DNA from: the human T2T-CHM13v2.0 reference genome, Homo sapiens
Strand: one strand, 5' to 3'
DNA: 64,000 bases
Assembly: GCF_009914755.1 (NCBI RefSeq)
Contig: NC_060945.1
A program made the position numbers and the translations under genes. Positions 14,854-29,111 of this stretch are shown here, piece after piece. The stretch's first letter is position 1. Every line of letters begins with the position of its first letter. The notes beneath the pieces were generated by a model. That model made no database searches and was not told the DNA's origin. It saw only the letters and a program-made list of their open reading frames with translations.

Positions 14854-16077
14854 ATTATTAAGAAAAAACAGCAAAGCAAACAAACAAAAGCAACTATGTT
14901 TAAAACTCCTGGAAAAATAATTTATCTTCTGTGCAGCTGTTTTTTAAGATCTTCCTTTAATGTATTTCCCCTCATTTTTCTTGCGTCTTATTTGGAGTCT
15001 GTAGTAGCATAGTTCTTAATTTGCTTATCAAGTAATTTACATCATATTAAACATGAATTTCAACCAGCAAAGAATATTATTAAAACTTCTGGACTAATGT
15101 TATTCACTTGTATTCTTTCCTACTACCCGGAAATGCTTTTGCTGGCAATGATTTCTCCTTTGATGTTGTGAAGTTTCGGGCCATTGTTAGAGAAACAGGT
15201 CCACTTGCCGATTAGCAGGCAGTAGGCTTTGTGACCTAAGTTCAGTAACAGAAAATCATTACTTTCTCTGGCAATTTGATACAACATGCTTCATATATTC
15301 CAAAATTCATCAATTTTCTGCTCTGTTGATGTCCTCCTTTATTATGTTAAAGAATTGCCACAGTATAGTTTATTCATAATGCTATTTTCAGTTGAATTAC
15401 TAGAGCTCCACTTTAGCATTTTAAAATCATATTATCGCATGTTTATTTCCAAATTAACAGGGCAATAAAAATCCTCTCTTAAAAATCAGGGATATCAGTA
15501 TTCATCTCTTTTCATGTAAAAATATTAAAAAATTAGAAGTGAAATATCACAGAAGATATTTTAAATATGAAGACAAATAATGAAATAAGGAGAATTTTAA
15601 AAGCCAAATATTTTGGATCAGAGTAAGAAGTTAGTGGTAAAAGATAAAGGTTATCCAACAACCTTTTGCAAATGAAGCCAAAAAAGTAGGTTTGCGCAAC
15701 ACTGAATAACTAAAATTACAACTCTTTTATATTTCATTAAAAAACATGCCCTTTTTCAAAAAGTCAGATCGGTTTAATCACACCATAAAATTATTTACCC
15801 AAAGTTAAGGAAAAATAGCATGCTTTCATATAAGTAGAAAATTTAAATACACAATTGATATTTAACGTTCTCTAAGCAATGTAAAGATTGCTTTTAAGCC
15901 ATCTAACAGAGTTGTATTTATTATTAGGGATCAAAAAGTGTGTAAATTAGCACAATATATTTTATATAAAATGAATCTGTTTTCTCTTATAAGAGTATAC
16001 AATTATAATTCTGAATTTTGAATTTATTCTTAAACAAATAAAAACAACTGCTATATCTGAATTCTTGTTTTATGTCA

Positions 16078-16183
16078 CTCTATCTATCTATATTTTTTTA
16101 CTATCTATATTTTTTTTACTATCTATATTTTTTTACTATCTATATTTTAGGCATTTTTACTATCTATATTTTAGGCATTTTAT
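16078..16183. repeat. local minisatellite built on CTATCTATATTTT
   Basis: three ~17-19 bp units ctatctatattttttta, then two longer units carrying ggcattttta. Confidence 0.85.
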
Positions 16184-16237
16184 AGGCTAAGTATGCGCAG
16201 TTGGTGCTTACTCAATATAGCCTAGCAATGCTCCCTG

Positions 16238-16947
16238 TTTCTTTTTTTTAACCTTTAATTTCAGGGGTACATGTGCAGGTTTGTTATATAAATACATTTG
16301 CATCATGGGGGTTTGTTTTACAGATTAATTCATTACCCAGGCATTAAGCCTATGACTCATTAGTTATTTTTCCAGATCGTCTCCCTCCCCCGACCTTCTG
16401 CCCTCTTGTAGGGCCCAGTGTCTGTTGTTCCCTTCTTTGTGTGCATGTGTTCTCATCATTTAGCTTGCACTTACAAGTGAGAGAATGTGGCATTTGTTTT
16501 TTCGTTCCTACATTGATTTGCTAAGGATAATGGCCTTCAATTCCATCCATATTCCTTCAAAACACATGATCTCGTTCCTTTTTATGGCTACATCTTATTC
16601 CCTGGTGTATATGTTCAACATTTTATTTATCCAGTCTTTACTATTGATGGCCATTTAGGTCTATTCCATGTCTTTGTTAATGTGAATAGTGCTGCAGTGA
16701 ACATATGTGTGCGTGTGTCTTTATAATAGAACAATTTATATTCCTTTGGATATATACCCAGTAATGGGATTGCTGGGTCTAATGGTAGTTCTGTTTTTAG
16801 GTCTTTGAGGAATCACCACACTGTTTTCCACAATGGCTGAATTAATTTACATTCTCTTTAACAGTGTATAGTGTTCCTTTTTCTCTGCAACCTTACCAGC
16901 ACCTGCTATTTTTTGACTTTTTAATAATAGCCATTCTGACTGGTGTG
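16238..16947 (-). mobile_element. L1PA (old, about PA13-16) 3' end, 5'-truncated
   Basis: ggggtacatgtgcaggtttgttat...gatatatacccagtaatgggattgctgggtc...ccattctgactggtgtg. Confidence 0.9.
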
Positions 16948-17874
16948 CTTACTGGTTCTTAATCTCACCCACATCTTAGAATAATGTGGAACATTCAAAC
17001 TACCCACACCTGTTTCTAAAAACTGAAGTTCTGTTTTAATTGGACTTTAGTAGAGCCAAGAAATGAGTATTACTTAAAATCTTGCCATGTGATTCTACTA
17101 GGAAGCCAGAGTTCAGAGCCATGGATTACATTTTTAATATAAATACACATTATTAGTTGAAGCAGTTTTAAGTTAGGATAGCTGTAACGTTGATTGAAAG
17201 GGGAATACTTAAAACAGAACCCTGCCTTGGGTCGTCAAGACTTAAAAAATTCTTCTGTTTTTATTCTATTAAATATAATCATGCATTCATTTACTTTAGC
17301 ATTTGTAATTCTAAAACACATTGCAAATTTCACAAAACTATCATTTTCTAAATGTCAACACTCTAAATACACCATTTATTTTTTAAAGTAGTATATTCAC
17401 TTCAAATTCCATTGCTGTGTCAAGAGTTAGTTGAACTTAAAATATAATTAATAGTTACTCAGCAAAAATAGAAAGATGTTAGCTGACTGTGTCAAAAGAA
17501 ATATTTTAACACTGATTTCATTTTTACTAAATGACTGAATTTTTCTTTATGTTTTATGCTTAAGCTTCTCTGCTTTCTTTCTATTTTTTGTGGTTTAAAT
17601 AAAGAACCATGATTATTTGTATAACTGATTGCTCAAAGTAATTAATCATTTTTCTTATGAAATTACCAGGGTAAATTAAGAATCTTATAATTACAGAGTT
17701 TTCTCTTGCCTAGAGGAAACATACTGAGAAACTGTGTTAGGAAATTATTATTTCAAAACCCAGTCTAAGTTCTTAGCCACTGGACATTTAAAAAATACAT
17801 ATTACATATACTTTTTCTAACATGATTGAGAATATAGTTTGTTTCAGATTTCCACATTTCTTAAATGAAAACAA

Positions 17875-18179
17875 TAAAGAATTCAAAAGGCAAAAGGTAC
17901 TGTAAAAAAAGTTATTTGATCACATGTAAATGAAAATTCTACCTTCTTATTGAATTTTACTAATTAGAGGGGTAATTATTCTCACATCAGATTATTTGCA
18001 CAAGATACTATTTCTGATGTATTTTATTAAAGAACTCAAAAGGCAAAGGTATTGTAAAAAAAGTTATTTGATCACATGTAAATGAAAATTCTACCTTCTT
18101 ATTGAATTTTACTAATTAGAGGGGTAATTATTCTGGCATCAGATTATTTGCACAAGATACTATTTCTGATCTATTTTAT
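17875..18179. repeat. 153-bp head-to-tail tandem duplication
   Basis: copies at 17875-18027 and 18028-18179 with about 6 differences. Confidence 0.95.
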
Positions 18180-19557
18180 TAAAAGTCACCATTTATTATT
18201 GGTTTTCATCTCATGTTATATATGCAAATGAAACTCCTTTGAGTATGCAATGGTTATTTACTGCAGTGAATATTGTACAATCATATTTATCAAAATGTTC
18301 TTCTTCAAAATATTTTTCTAATGCTTATTAGCAAGCAGTTTTTATATTTGAGAAAGTGAAACATGGACTTTAGAATCAGATTTAGGCCATATGGTAAGCC
18401 AGCTGCCTGAAAAATCTTCATAACAAATGCTAATATTGATGAATTTTGGAGATGTCATTATATATGTATACCTAAAACTACAGGAAAACAAAGAAAATTA
18501 CCAATGCCAGAAACACAGGCAACACTTAAAACCAGCAAGACCAGTTGCTCTGACTTTTCTGGATGGAAAGAGAGATGGACCCAGCAATTTATAAATTTGG
18601 ATTTTCTTAAGGCTCATCAGCGAAGGGGTGATGCATAGCTGGACCTAGATTGAAAGAGTAAAGAAAAATACTTATTAACCAACCCAGTACAATTAAGAAG
18701 TTTGTCTGTAAATACTAGAACAATTGGTAGAAAAAACAAATACATATTCTCCCCTGAGAATCTGTAACATCAGGATTATCCATCATGTGTTGTTTGACTT
18801 CAAACTTATAAATTATACAGCCTTGAGCCATGAAGCATCAAATTAACAAATTAACATATAGATTATTTTCTGGCCATTGATACACTGGAAGTTTGGTGGA
18901 AGAGATGCAAAATCATTCCAGAGCAAAAGCTGAAAATTTTTTTCTGCAAAGGGCAAGATAATAAACATCTTACACATTATTGACCATTTTAAAGAGCAGC
19001 TTATAGTCACCAAAAGGAATATCAACAAACTAGCAAGTGAAGATAAAGAATTATCCAGAATGCAGAATATGAACCAAAAGATAGAACATAAGATAAGCTG
19101 AAAGACATGGAGGATTGAATAAAACTATCCAAGGAATATCTAAAAGAAATTCTGAAAAGAGAATAGTAGGAATAAAAATAATGAGATTATAATAGTTTGC
19201 TTCTACTTCTGGGATGAATGTAGTAGTTGTATAAGACACATACTCTTATTAAAATGACAAGAAAAAGCTGGATAAATTATAAAAGCCACATATCTTTTAA
19301 AGCATGAGGGAACTGTAGAAGCAATGATGAATAGATGAACTAAGAGTACAGACATACCTGAGTGTTCGAAATGGGCCAAAGAGCATGATGCATTCATAGC
19401 ATCTACTAGTCAATTCTGGCACAAATTAGGAAGTAGAAGGCATGTTCAATGGAGGCAAAACAGTAATATATATATAAACATGTGGGTAAGTCTAAAGAAG
19501 CATTTGCTATATTGAATCAAACAAATACAATAAAGTAAAACAAATACTAGAGAACAT

Positions 19558-19985
19558 TGTTAAACTGAGTTAAGTTTGGCTCAAAGTGCCCATTGTACTT
19601 GCCTAATTAAGTTTGGCCCAAAGTGGCATCCATACATAGTGACTGTACTCTAACTTAATGTGTAAATAAGTTGTAAGCTAATGTAGATGTATGGACTTGT
19701 AACCAAGCAACTGAGACTCAACCAATCATAGGAGCCAAACCCTTAGTCAATCCCAAACTGAATGCTGCCAAATTATGCCCAAATAAGGCAAATATTGAAC
19801 TGCACCAATCAGGGAAACTCTGAATATAATTTTCTATGTTCTGGTTATAAATACATCTCACCACTCTGGATGTGGAGTCACTCTGAACAATCTTCGTTCT
19901 GGGATGGTGCCTAGTTCTCAAACCTTTTTCTTGGTCAAATAAACTTAGTGAAATTTAACATGTCTTAGTTGTATTTTTTTAAACA
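19558..19985 (+). mobile_element. MER57-family ERV1 solo LTR
   Basis: TG...CA termini, 4-bp TSD ACAT (19554-57 and 19986-89), CCAAT boxes, caaataaggcaaa motif, AATAAA. Confidence 0.8.
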
Positions 19986-20589
19986 ACATTCAAAGACCTA
20001 CGAAATAGGACAGGGAACTTGTATTTAGACTATACTGTCTAAATGCAACTTATTTATGCTAGTTATTTGTGTGTTATAGAGAATATAGTGATATTGATAT
20101 ACTTTAAGTCATTTATGTACATCGGGAAGAGGAAAAAAAAAAGTTACCCAATTCAATGGAAGTCAAATGAAGAAGCAGAATAGAGCTACCAGAAAAACAT
20201 GATAAGAGTTAAAGAAGATGGGAGCTCAAAGAGGAAAACTATCACTGAATTTGGGGAACTTCTCCTTGCAAGCCAAGTTAACTTTTGTTCAGATAGAATT
20301 CTCAGATGAAAAAAGACAGAAATTATAGTCTATGGCTGACAAAATATAGAGAGTCTGCCCAGAGACTTTTGCTATTCTAAGCTAGAATCTTAAGGTTAAT
20401 ACACTTCAATGAAGGAGAAAACAAGAACCAACTCTTGAGCATACTTGAAGTCTGGGACCAAATCTGAGTTGTTCAGATACTCATATTTTCACCCTGATTT
20501 AAGATGATCTGATATGGGTAATGCTTGCATAATCAAAACTTCTGGAGGAACTTATCTCCATAGTAGACAACAAGGTAATCTTAAACTAT

Positions 20590-20745
20590 CCTGACACTAA
20601 TTGGGTGTATAAACTTGGCCAAGTCATTTTTCCCTTTGAGTCTCAGTTTCGTCAACTGTAACGTGAATATGAAAGTAACTAACTTGTAGGTCTGTATTAA
20701 AAATTAAGTCAATTATTTTGGTAAATCAGTTGTATGCAATATAGC
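20590..20745 (+). mobile_element. MIR
   Basis: aacttggccaagtcatttttccctttgagtctcagtttcgtcaactgtaa is a MIR core. Confidence 0.7.
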
Positions 20746-22339
20746 GTACATGAGAGAGAGAGAGAGAGTTTGTGTGCATGTGTTTAGAGAGAGATGGAGA
20801 GAGAGACACACATACACAGAGAAGAATCAGTATATTGTTAAGGATAACAACATCTAGAAACAAATCGACAGACAAGAAAAACAATTTAAGTAATAGAATT
20901 TTCAGACAGAAGTTAAAGAACAAAACATATGCTTAAAGATGCCCACAGGAAAATACAAATATGATCATGGTAGATTTAGAAAGGAAATACCTGCTAGAAG
21001 TAACAGAGAACTACAGGAAAATTAATGAAGTGCAGTAGGAAGAAAGAAAATAAATTATTGAAGAAAAGTTTCAAGATACAAAGGATAGAATTAAACATTA
21101 ATATATGTCTAAACTTTACCAGGAAAAGAGAGACAAAGGCAATAACTAAGGAAATAATAGAGAATGTTTTTAGTACTGATTGAAGACAGATAAGCAGATT
21201 TAAGCAGGTCAACAAATTCTGAGTGGAGTAAGAAAAGTACAGTGAAGAAAACAAAAGACAAAGCCAAAATTCTGTAAAGCAACCTGAAAATAAGGCTTAT
21301 TACCATTAAATAACAACATTTCAGTCTATAGAAACTTACATCCTAGGAGAGGGAATACTTTAAATAAAAAAGTAATGGATGAAAGGAGAAAAATTCCATC
21401 AAGTGGGATAACTGTGATCCATAAAGAAGTAGCAGGTGAGATGGGGAGTAAAAAAACAAACATATATAAATCCTCTTATTTTATATATTAGAGCTCAATT
21501 TTATTCCCATCTTTGATAATCCAAAAATTATACACTGATCAATATATCTGTTCTAAATGTTAAGATTCCAACAGGTAGATCATGTCTCTCAAAATGTGTT
21601 GCACATTGCCTCAACTGGAGGTTCATGATGCATATTAAAATAAGAAAGGCTTAGAGAATTCTTACAGCAAGGAAAACAATGTAAGTTTATTTAATTTAGT
21701 GTTTTAGCTACATATTTAATAATTATTTTAGGTAGGCAGTTGTTTAAAGACAATAGAAAATACTTGGAATTTAAAGCAAGCAAAAATGAATGTGTTGGAA
21801 AAGCACAACGCAGCTCTTAGAATTGAAAAAAAAGTAGGTGAACCAGGCTCAGGCAGGAATCAGAGAGCAAGTCAGAACCAATATCAGAAAAAGGAAGTTC
21901 TGCTTTTCATGTGGCTATTGTCCTGTCAGTCATGACCGCTGGCCACTGCCAGCAAAGCATGCACAGGCATTTTCTGGAATGCTGCTGGGCTCTGCTTTAG
22001 CTTGTCACTTCCCACTTTACCATTGGATTCCAAAAATCTATCCATCCGACAGGAATAATTTCAGACTCTCTGCCTACTTCTTACCTTGCAAGGTTAAAAA
22101 TGCAAGGAATGAGTGGCTATTCTTGGGTCTCTGGTTTACATTTTAGCCTCCAGGTGGTGGGAAGAGAAAAATCTACTCACAAACAGCTTCAAAACGGAAA
22201 GGCCCTATATTGGCATTCCTACATAAAAGAAAGTACTGGGGGGCTTGACAAATGGACATTTGCCTTCAAAGAACACATATTCTCCTTTAGACAAAGTTTG
22301 CACTTATATAGCACAATTAACCTACTTCTTATCAATCAA

Positions 22340-22915
22340 TAAAATGAAGAGACAATTACAGAACAGGATAAGGTGTTTGCAAACTATGTATTCAACAAGG
22401 TTTAATATCCAGAATATATAAGGAACTCAAAAAACTCAATAGCAAAAGAAAAAGTTGATTAAAAAATGGACAAAAGAAGACATACAAATGGCCAAAAAAT
22501 ATATAAAGAAATGCTCAACATCATTAAGCCTCAGAAAAATGCAAAACAAACCCACAATGAGCTATTACCTTACCCCAGTTTAAATGATGAATATTATCAA
22601 GAAGACAAAATATAACAAATGGAAACGATAATGTGGAGAAAGAGGAAAGTTATACACTGTTGATGGGAATATAAAATAGTATAGCTGTTATGAAAAGCAG
22701 TATGGAGTTTCCACAAAAAATAAAAAAGAGAACTATTATATTACCCAGCAATCCCACTACTGCGTACGTAATAAAAAAAAAAATGAAATTAGTATGACAA
22801 AGAGACATCTGCACCCAGGGATATTGAAGCATCATTCAAAATAGCCGTGATATGGAATCTGCCTAAATACTCATCTAACAACAAATGGATAAAGAAAAAG
22901 TGGTGTATAAATGTA

Positions 22916-22958
<43 letters not shown>

Positions 22959-23130
22959 TTATCATCTATCTATTTATCATCTATCTATCCACCCCTCCAG
23001 AACAATATTCAGCCATAAAATGCTGTTATTTTTAGCAATGTGGATGAAGTTGGAGGACATTTTGTTAAGTGAAATAAGCCAGGCACAGAAAGACGCACTG
23101 CATGATCAAATTCATATCTGGAGTTTTAAG
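22340..23130 (+). mobile_element. L1MA-type ORF2 end and 3'UTR
   Basis: aatatccagaatatataaggaactcaaa...aagtgaaataagccaggcacagaaagac. Confidence 0.85.
22916..22989. repeat. (TATC)n tetranucleotide STR inside the L1
   Basis: about 10 perfect units, then degenerate units. Confidence 0.95.
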
Positions 23131-25415
23131 GATATGGAGAAAGATGTTAGGTTTTTTCCTTGTGTGGACAATATTTAAAATTATTATATTTGGAGAGATA
23201 ACTAGAATACTCCTGCCAACTTAACTATGACCCATTGAATTGCTCTGAATTATAAATCAGATACTCTGAATTAGCACTTCACTACCATTTTTAAATCTAC
23301 AGCATTTATGTAAATTAATAACTGCTGTAGAGCATACTACTCATGGCTGAAAAAAGTGACCTGATGATTCGAGCTATCTAAGACTCACCTGATGTCTAAC
23401 AGCACTAAGGATCAAGCTATCACCTCTCCCTTAACACATCTTTCACACCAGTGTGCTAGAGCAGATAGCTGAAAAGTTTTCCCTAAGCCAGAGATCATTC
23501 TGACAAGGCATATGGAACAATAGAGATGTCAACATGCTTTCAAGACAAGTAACAGTAATCCTGGCTCTTAACTTGCTTTAATAATAATGAATTCTTTTAT
23601 CAAGTCCTGAGGAATGAGGGCTTCCAGGTGCCATATTTCCAGGTGCTTATCAGAATTTTTCTTTGCTGATAAGAACAATTGTTGCAGCATGCTTTGCTAT
23701 TCATATACAGAAAGACAAGAAATTTATATTCTAATAATAGAACACAAGTCCATCTCTTGCATCTGATTTAGCCAGATTAAGTCACCTTTCCACCAATATC
23801 AATCTGGAAGTGATATCATGAACTAAATGGTGTCAACCTGGGGTTTCTATTATATCTCGACAAAGAAAAAGAAGTTGCCATCATTGGCAAGGCACATACA
23901 GGATACATCTCTGTTTCGGGAGATGGGATGAGATTTCCCTGATTCTCCTACACTGCAGAGGGTAGAGGGAGGTATTTATATAATACACGGGATTTTAATT
24001 GAAGAAGCAAAGAGGAATGGATTATTGGGATTAATAGTGTTTATCCAATACAAGATGAAAAACAACATATTATTGTTTGTATTGTGATGGTTCTAGAATA
24101 AAACACATCATTTCTCTAATTTTGGTTAGATCTTTGCTGAAAGAAAAAGATAAATAAAATATCCTACAGTTTATCCATATCCATGTTCCTCTACACTAAA
24201 TATTCATCTTTGATTAGTTATTTTTAACTATATTTGATTTCTTTATAAATTACCTTTTGAAACTTTAAACACATAAAGACATTGTTTCCCCTCAAAGGAT
24301 TTTTCTTTTGCTTTCTTTTGTTTTTTTTTTATCTAAAACTTTCTTTCAAAAACAATGACTTTCATAAACTTGCAACTTGTTAAATATAGTATTTTTATTA
24401 ACATTCTAGTTTGTAACACAAGGCAAAACCTAAACACTTACCATTTATAAATAATGGGTAATACTGTTTCAACTTAACCTTGAGAATGTAGAAAAAAAAT
24501 TGAGTCCAGTCTGATAGCAGCCAAAAGATCTCAGAAACAGTAATCTTAGTGCTAGCCTGGCAGACACAATCTGCACAGAACTTAATCAAAATAAGATTAA
24601 AAGTCCATAGCAATTTCCTTGAGTGGCCAGTCAGATATCCCCCACTACAGTCACCAACCAGCCTGCCCCTGGGGCCTATTTCAGAAATAAATTGGTTTGT
24701 AGATGAGCTGATGCAGAAGAAGGAAAAAAAAATGTTTTCTTGAGACTGTACCTAAATCTTATCAAGTAATACAAGGAAGCTTCAAAGTCTTTTTATTCTG
24801 AAATGTTATTTTATTCTGCTTTATATCATCTTAAATTTATTAGTATTATATTAAATATTAGTTTATGTAAGCTTATTATTTGACTCTGTATAGGATATAA
24901 TAGATGGCATTGAATATTTAATAAGATAGCAACAGCAATAACACCTGAGAAATTGTTCAGGGAAGGATTCTATTCAGTTATTAAAAGATTTGCATACTTA
25001 TTTCACTAATATTACTCAGCAATCACAAACATTGGGTAATGCTAGACAAATCTGCAAGAGGTACTGTTATTCCAGCACCTTAAAAACATTTTTCAATCTG
25101 AAAGATACTTCTAGATGTTTTTTTCCATAACAGAGCAGATGATTTCTAAGTGTTTATATCACTGAAACTTCACAGTATTAGTGGAATATGTTATCCTTTA
25201 TACCAAAAGTAATCAGATTATTTTATAAAGCAATTATCAATTAAATATAGATTACTAAGAACATACTGTATAAAATGCCGTATGGGCTATTAATTCTGCA
25301 TGCATTGCCACATTTGATTATCTCAAAAAACCTCCTGAAATATGTATTCTTAACACACTTTTATTGAGATTATGAGTAATAAAAGTTAAAAGATTTTCCC
25401 AAAGACGTACAAGTA

Positions 25416-26006
25416 AAACAGGTCCTCAAATAAAGTTGTTTTGTTCAATGATGTTTCGCTATAATGTAGATGAGAATAAATATTGATTCCTGGACAGGGC
25501 TACCATCTGTGTAGGGTCTGCATGTTCTCCCCACGCCTGCATGGGTTTTCTCCAGGAACTCCTGCTTCCTCTCACATCCCCAAGATGTGCATGTCTGGTT
25601 AATTGGCATTTCCCCACTGTGTGTCCCCATGTGAGTGAATGTGGTTGTGCCCTGCCATGGAATAGCATCCTGTGCAGGGTTTATTCCTGCATTACATGCT
25701 GAGTAAGAATAGGCTCTTGCCACCCGAGACTCTGAACTGGAATAATTGGGTAAATAATCATCTTACTTGTTTTTATTAATCTTTTTAAAAATGTATGTAT
25801 ACCTCACACTTATTTCAGTGTTGAATGTTTTAAGTGTTTTAGTCTTCATTTAGAAGTACAGTGATAATATTGTGACCAGAAATATGCAGTAGGAACTTAT
25901 ATATTGTTTTATCAATTGGCCTATGGTAAAATTTGTTTCATTGTTCACCATTTTGCTGATAGTTGCAGTTTCCAATAATCTACTGATATTAAATGTGGAC
26001 TTACTA
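25416..26006 (+). mobile_element. MER6A (Tigger-group non-autonomous DNA transposon)
   Basis: caggtcctcaaat start, ggacttact end, and the internal gcatgttctccccacgcctgcatgggttttctccagg segment. Confidence 0.85.
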
Positions 26007-26159
26007 TGTAAACAATAGCAAGGATCCTAAATCCTAGGTTACATCTAAGTTTAAATGGCTTGACACCATGTCAGAATTGCCTTATCACCATGCTCTTATA
26101 AGTGTTTCATTTTTTAAAACAGTGCAAACTGAATTTTGCATGAGTATTATCATTAAAAA

Positions 26160-26284
26160 TTTTTTTGTTACAGATAGGATCTTGCTATGTTGCCCAGGTT
26201 GACCTTGAAGTTCTGAGTTCAAATGATCCTTTTGCCTCAGCATCCAGTGTACCTGGGACTACAACTGTGTGCCACCATACCCAG
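26160..26284 (-). mobile_element. FLAM-type Alu monomer
   Basis: single monomer: gatcttgctatgttgcccaggttg...gggactacaactgtgtgccaccataccc. Confidence 0.8.
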
Positions 26285-26455
26285 GGCTGCAGGAAAAGTT
26301 GTTACGTAAAGCAGTGATTTATGAAAATAAGACTTTATTTGGGCAACATAGAAAATGTAAACAAAAAGAGTTGCTCAACATAAAACTTACTCAAGTCACA
26401 ATTTACCTCTGACATGACATATTTCCATCCACTTCAGAAAAAAAATGTGTATACC

Positions 26456-26483
26456 TTTTTATTTCTTTTTTTCTTTTCTTTCC

Positions 26484-26517
<34 letters not shown>

Positions 26518-26745
26518 CGGGCTGGAGTGCAGTCACAGCTCACTGCACCTTTGAGCTCCTGGGCTAAAGTAATCTTCCTTTCTCAGCCTCTTGAGTAGTT
26601 AGAACTAAGACATGCACCACCATGTCTGGCTAATTTTTAACATTTTTTTTGTGGAGATGGAGTCTCGCTATGTTGCCCAGGCTGGTCTTGAACTTCTGGC
26701 CACATGCTATCCTCTCACCTCGACCCCCCAAAGCACTTGGATTAT
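26456..26745 (-). mobile_element. AluJ with long T tract
   Basis: about 30 T, then agacgggctggagtgcagtcacagctcactgc...gtctcgctatgttgcccaggctgg. Confidence 0.9.
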
Positions 26746-29082
26746 TGGCTCAAGTACTTAGATGTATTAACCAGGATCACAGAGAGCTTGATTTTGTAAG
26801 TTTGAGTTAGCATGTAATAACTGCAGTTGATTTTGATGCATGTATTTAATGAGAATCATTGCTTTAGACTATATGATATTTGAAACAAAAGAGCAATAGG
26901 ACTGCACGGCACAATATAAAGTCTGTTATGACATAGTGACTTTAATATATTCTAATTAAAATTATAATAGTAAAAGCTAAAAATGACAAGACAATTGTTA
27001 GAAATCATATCACGACAGCATAATCATGTATCCAGAAGTGATTGATACAATAACATGAACTGACATTTTGCTACAATATTAATCAGTTAATACAGGTTTT
27101 GAGGTTTCAGTTAACTGGTTAATCATAAAATATTATATAAAATATTATCAAATTGTTGTGTAAGTCATCTCACTGTATTCTAAAATTTATGTTATTTTAT
27201 ATTTCTAATCTGTGTTTTGCAGAGATCATGAAAATTTTAACTGGGTAACTGAAGAAGAATTGTCCCAAGGACTTGAATAAATGTTAATGTTCATAACAGT
27301 ATGTTCTAAAAAGAAATTTAAGTAAAAAAGGAAAAAACATATTTCATTTTAAAAATATCTACCCATGCACATCATTCATCTAAAAAACCCATTTACTATA
27401 ATCATCTAGTTATGTAAAGATATACCCAATAGCTACTTAAAATAGAAATATTCTATTTCATTATTAGAAATTATTATTTTAAAAGGTTGTTAAAACATCA
27501 AAAATATGCTTATTTCTAGTAACCAGAGAACACAGCAGGGTTATGAAACTTCGGATTCCTGTTTGGTTTGGCAGGTAACTAGATTAACAAAAATACGAGG
27601 TTTTGAGTTTCAAAACACAATAGCATATTTAAAAAATACTTGGTGGGAGTCTGGCAATTGAGAGACCTTAGAAGCATAATCATTGGTCTTCACAATCACT
27701 GCCAGGTACTCTTTCAAACTAGCTTGAATAACTGCAAAACACATCATCAACCCAGCTTTTTTTTGCTGGACCTGGGCATATATAAACTGATTAGATTTAA
27801 AAATAAAAAAATTAGAGTTTTTTCTGTTGTGTTTGAAGAGGTGAACCCTTGGACTCAAAATCTCTCAAAAGTCCTGTCTTTCACTTCAGAATCTGCGTTA
27901 ATTTGCACAGGAATATACTTCTGTGTTTTAATAAACACATGTAATTTTTCTGTTTTCATCTTGCAAGTAATGACAGCTTTGTTCTCAAACCAATTTTGTT
28001 TTTTATAGATTTTACCCTGATATATAATGAAGAGACAATTACATGATCTGTGTAGAAATTCTTCCTCTAAACTAAATTATACTACCTTAGAAATCTGACA
28101 TGAAAGTACCAAAACTATGTAAATTCATTTCACCAAGAAAATTATTACATAAAACAGTGATTCATGGAAATAAGACTTGATTTGGGCAACATAGAAAGTA
28201 TTAAAACTAAAAAGGAGTTGCTTGAGATAAAATTTACCCAAGTGACAATTTTACCTGTGACAAACATATTTCCATCCACTGCAGTAACAAATGTGTTTAG
28301 TTTATTAAAGTATATGTTTAACAGCAAAAAATAAATAGAATAAATTTATTATCCCTATCCAGTGATAAACACAATTTTAAAATAAAAATAAAAACATCCT
28401 GCTTATATTTGCTATACTATTTCATGCATTAGGCTAAGATATATGGTTATTTCCATGCTTTCAGGATGTGTTTAACAAATCTCTTATACATTTTCCTATT
28501 GTTGTCATTTTAATATCTTGAATATAATATTAAATAAACATTTCTACAAATAATTTGAACCTCAAAGTTTCATAAGCATCTATCCTTCAATATTTAGGCC
28601 TAAAAAGTAATCTCCATTATCTATCAAATTCTAAATTTGAACTTATTATGGTTTACTCCTACTTTTTAATTATTACTTTGGTTAAAGATACTTCATGATA
28701 TTATTAAGTTCCTTACTAATAATGTATATGGTTGTATTACATTCATTTATCCATCAAGACTAACTTTGAGCTACTATGAAATATAATTCAAATCATTCAT
28801 ATAATATCTAATGAATGATTATTATAATACAAAGCACTATACTAGGTTTCATAAGTGATACAAAAACAAGTGCAACCGCCTCAGTAACCAACACATTTGC
28901 AGTCTAATAGAGGAAAACAAGCCCTGTTATAAGAATAATTATAGTAAAAGACTATATAAAATACAATCCATTTTGACACACACACCTTCAACTCTATTTG
29001 CTAATTCTAATTTTCACTCTTCAGTTTATTTTTAGATTAAATAGTTATTTTCACAAATCAGTCTGAGGACAGAGTTTTTTGC

Positions 29083-29111
29083 TTTGTTTTGTTTTGTTTT
29101 GTTTTGTTTTT
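29083..29111. repeat. (TTTTG)n
   Basis: pentanucleotide run. Confidence 0.9.

Noticed and set aside
27640-28008. 122-aa ORF in non-repeat sequence
   Set aside because: Non-ATG start, no recognisable domain, and a length compatible with chance.
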